Assembly (NCBI GenBank): GCA_947631015.1
Contig: CANRJS010000006.1
Coordinates: 10,347-74,346 of the forward strand
Reading direction: 5' to 3'
From: an uncultured Clostridia bacterium
GTDB taxonomy: Bacteria > Bacillota > Clostridia > Oscillospirales > JAAYOS01
DNA length: 64,000 nt
The position numbers were made by a program, and so were the translations under genes. Shown piece after piece: positions 63,697-64,000 of the stretch (position 1 is the stretch's first letter; each line of letters begins with the position of its first letter). Below the pieces are notes generated by a model, which saw nothing but the letters and a program-made list of their open reading frames with translations, was not told the DNA's origin and did no database searches.

Positions 63697-64000
63697 ATGG
63701 AACCGGCACGCAAGAACGTCGTTCGCGGGGAGCTTGAGACGAAGGCTTTCATCCTGTTTATGCTCCGCCATTTTGACGACGCCATCCTGCCCGAGACCCT
63801 CACCGGTCTCACGATGGACTATGTCTCCGACCGGCTCGAATACTCCGCCTGTCTCGAGGACTTGGTGACTCGCGGGCTTGTGGAGCGGCGCGGCGAGCTT
63901 CTCGCCATCACCCAACTCGGGCGGCAGACGGTGGAGCAGGTGGAAAACGTCATTCCCGCCGCCACCCGCGCCTACGCCGAGCAGGACGCGCGCCTCGAGC
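63697..64000 (+). CDS. hypothetical winged-helix-like protein (DUF4364-like), partial
   Basis: GGAGGTG RBS. MEPARKNVVRGELETKAFILFMLRHFDD...LVTRGLVERRGELLAITQLG. Runs off the window end. Promoter TTGCAT-17-TAGAAT at 63636-63664. Confidence 0.5.
   Translation, partial: MEPARKNVVRGELETKAFILFMLRHFDDAILPETLTGLTMDYVSDRLEYSACLEDLVTRGLVERRGELLAITQLGRQTVEQVENVIPAATRAYAEQDARLE

Overview
High-GC (roughly 60-65% by eye) Firmicutes/Clostridia-type chromosomal segment. The lineage call rests on spore protease gpr, ctsR-mcsA-mcsB-clpC, an SLH-domain wall protein and consensus sigma-A promoters. All product calls come from motif recognition in the supplied translations; no searches were run. The backbone is housekeeping: rpsT, rsmI, dnaN-recF-remB-like-gyrB-gyrA, tadA, five tRNAs and dCMP deaminase. 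Mixed in are many ion/metal genes (Ca-ATPase, cadC/cadA-like pair, CaCA exchanger, MgtE, Na/Pi symporter, FNT channel, BioY, MATE, MFS, His-rich LarC) and two tandem domain-permuted GH3 glycosidases. Five things go beyond routine annotation. (1) A 6.35-kb island sits in tRNA-Thr(GGT), bounded by a 45-bp direct repeat. It has integrase, a non-LexA-type XRE repressor, a compact leftward operon of small regulatory/replication-like genes, a DinJ-YafQ module and no virion genes, which is a phage-satellite (PICI-like) layout. Its two operons start from a perfectly symmetric face-to-face promoter pair. (2) A family of mosaic intergenic repeats built from chained short hairpins occurs at least 5 times in both orientations, with compensatory stem substitutions between copies. 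(3) A low-GC two-gene island encoding secreted or anchored proteins of unknown function lies next to gyrA. (4) Phased TGTAAC-N5-TGTAAC (WalR-type) boxes lie at the promoter of a LysM-M23 peptidase. (5) An orphan larC with a 76-residue His/Asp/Glu tract follows a consensus promoter and a leader with terminator/antiterminator potential. Most long ORFs in the track that lie opposite these genes are high-GC antisense shadows. No rRNA, CRISPR array or transposase was seen.
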